Source: Calcarisporiella thermophila CBS 279.70 (Eukaryota > Fungi > Calcarisporiellomycota). From it: a stretch of 64,000 nt of DNA. A model generated the notes under the pieces. It made no database searches and had not been told where the DNA came from. It worked only from the letters and a program-made list of their open reading frames with translations. The stretch spans positions 126,810 to 190,809 of the forward strand of contig NW_027192207.1 in assembly GCF_041956535.1 (NCBI RefSeq), read 5' to 3'. Positions 62,485 through 64,000 of this stretch are shown in pieces. Every line of letters begins with the position of its first letter. The stretch's first letter is position 1. Made by a program: the position numbers and the translations under genes.

Positions 62485-63245
62485 NNNNNNNNNNNNNNNN
62501 NNNNNNNNNNNNNNNNNNNNNNNNNNNNNNNNNNNNNNNNNNNNNNNNNNNNNNNNNNNNNNNNNNNNNNNNNNNNNNNNNNNNNNNNNNNNNNNNNNNN
62601 NNNNNNNNNNNNNNNNNNNNNNNNNNNNNNNNNNNNNNNNNNNNNNNNNNNNNNNNNNNNNNNNNNNNNNNNNNNNNNNNNNNNNNNNNNNNNNNNNNNN
62701 NNNNNNNNNNNNNNNNNNNNNNNNNNNNNNNNNNNNNNNNNNNNNNNNNNNNNNNNNNNNNNNNNNNNNNNNNNNNNNNNNNNNNNNNNNNNNNNNNNNN
62801 NNNNNNNNNNNNNNNNNNNNNNNNNNNNNNNNNNNNNNNNNNNNNNNNNNNNNNNNNNNNNNNNNNNNNNNNNNNNNNNNNNNNNNNNNNNNNNNNNNNN
62901 NNNNNNNNNNNNNNNNNNNNNNNNNNNNNNNNNNNNNNNNNNNNNNNNNNNNNNNNNNNNNNNNNNNNNNNNNNNNNNNNNNNNNNNNNNNNNNNNNNNN
63001 NNNNNNNNNNNNNNNNNNNNNNNNNNNNNNNNNNNNNNNNNNNNNNNNNNNNNNNNNNNNNNNNNNNNNNNNNNNNNNNNNNNNNNNNNNNNNNNNNNNN
63101 NNNNNNNNNNNNNNNNNNNNNNNNNNNNNNNNNNNNNNNNNNNNNNNNNNNNNNNNNNNNNNNNNNNNNNNNNNNNNNNNNNNNNNNNNNNNNNNNNNNN
63201 NNNNNNNNNNNNNNNNNNNNNNNNNNNNNNNNNNNNNNNNNNNNN
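62485..63245. other. Assembly gap (761 N)
   Basis: Run of N bases. Confidence 1.
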
Positions 63246-63493
63246 ATAGTACTATCTCTTCTATTTTCGTTTATTTTTTTCCCCTCCCCCTACAATCGCC
63301 CTTTCTATATACATAGTATAATTGTCTAATAACGTGTAATTTTCTTTTGACTAATTCCAATTAAAAATAGTGCTGCGTTTTTCCGTTCCCATTGTGCTTT
63401 CTTCATCCATTTACATTATGGCATGGTATAAGTTCACTTTCCAATAAATCTATTGAGTAGCAAAATAGTGTTCGGGGGAGGGGCTTATATGGA

Positions 63494-64000
63494 TTAATTT
63501 AATGTGGTTTTACATATATACTCCTTCCACCACCTATCCCACTCTTCTCTTAGTTGCTCCTTCACCTCCTCCTCCTCGAAGATGCAGGCGATCCCGCGTC
63601 GCGACAACTCAAACAGCTGCATCTCGGTCATGCCAAATGTCCGAGCTGCTATCGCGTATTCGTTCGATAGCTCTGACAAAAAGACACCTTTGTCATCTGT
63701 GCAGAGAACAACGGCATGGCCCTCTCGCAGATGGTCTTTGACGTGATGGTCCTCGAAGGAGGCCACCGTGTGGCTAAGCACGTTGGAAGACATGCAGATC
63801 TCGATAGGGATATTCTGAGAGCGGATAATCTGCTGGCTAGCGGGATCGACGTGGGTAGCATGGCCAAGGCGATGCGGGGAGACGCTGAGCAAGCTCTCGG
63901 CCTCGTTCAAGTTTTCGGGAATCTCCCCGAAGTGCACGGTTAGGCGGAGCCCGCCTTCTCTTGCACGCACAAACGCAGGCTTGACAATATCAAAATGACC
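63494..64000 (-). CDS. Adenosine deaminase-like protein (ADAL/MAPDA-type), 3' part only
   Basis: LTVHFGE, RLGHAT, IEICMSSN and LCTDDKGVF..LSNEY; the gene runs off the window edge. Confidence 0.85.
   Translation of the reverse strand, partial: GHFDIVKPAFVRAREGGLRLTVHFGEIPENLNEAESLLSVSPHRLGHATHVDPASQQIIRSQNIPIEICMSSNVLSHTVASFEDHHVKDHLREGHAVVLCTDDKGVFLSELSNEYAIAARTFGMTEMQLFELSRRGIACIFEEEEVKEQLREEWDRWWKEYICKTTLN

Noticed and set aside
62404-63249. 281-aa ORF in the ORF track
   Set aside because: Artefact of translating through the N gap.
1-64000. Numerous antisense ORFs over real exons (e.g. 55868-56575, 12923-13411); also searched for tRNA, rRNA, CRISPR arrays and intact transposons
   Set aside because: The antisense ORFs are shadows of codon bias. 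No RNA gene, array or mobile-element hallmark was recognised by eye.

Overview
Gene-dense, intron-rich eukaryotic DNA from a fungus, with short GT-AG introns of about 60-130 nt and CTAAC-type branch points. Typical fungal genes (SHO1, Pho4/NUC-1-like bHLH, Ash1-like GATA factor, PPS1, OSH1, XPT/HPT) sit beside genes characteristic of animals and early-diverging fungi (FANCD2, Tubby, WDR25, bifunctional LKR/SDH AASS). This points to an early-diverging lineage (Mucoromycota/Zoopagomycota-like); that placement is inference. From about 14.4 kb onward the window is mostly housekeeping genes, with a 761-N gap near the end. The 4-14 kb region is different: it is gene-sparse, contains decayed ORF remnants, and holds a three-gene cluster of intronless secreted proteins. 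Gene A encodes a novel ~58-aa module alone. Gene B encodes an Egh16-like (DUF3129) His1 domain alone. Gene C encodes the Egh16-like domain, a KR (Kex2) site, the same module and a Lys-rich tail. The module shows strong purifying selection between its two copies and is the best candidate here for an undescribed system. All annotation is by eye; exon boundaries and some start codons are approximate, and no database search was run.
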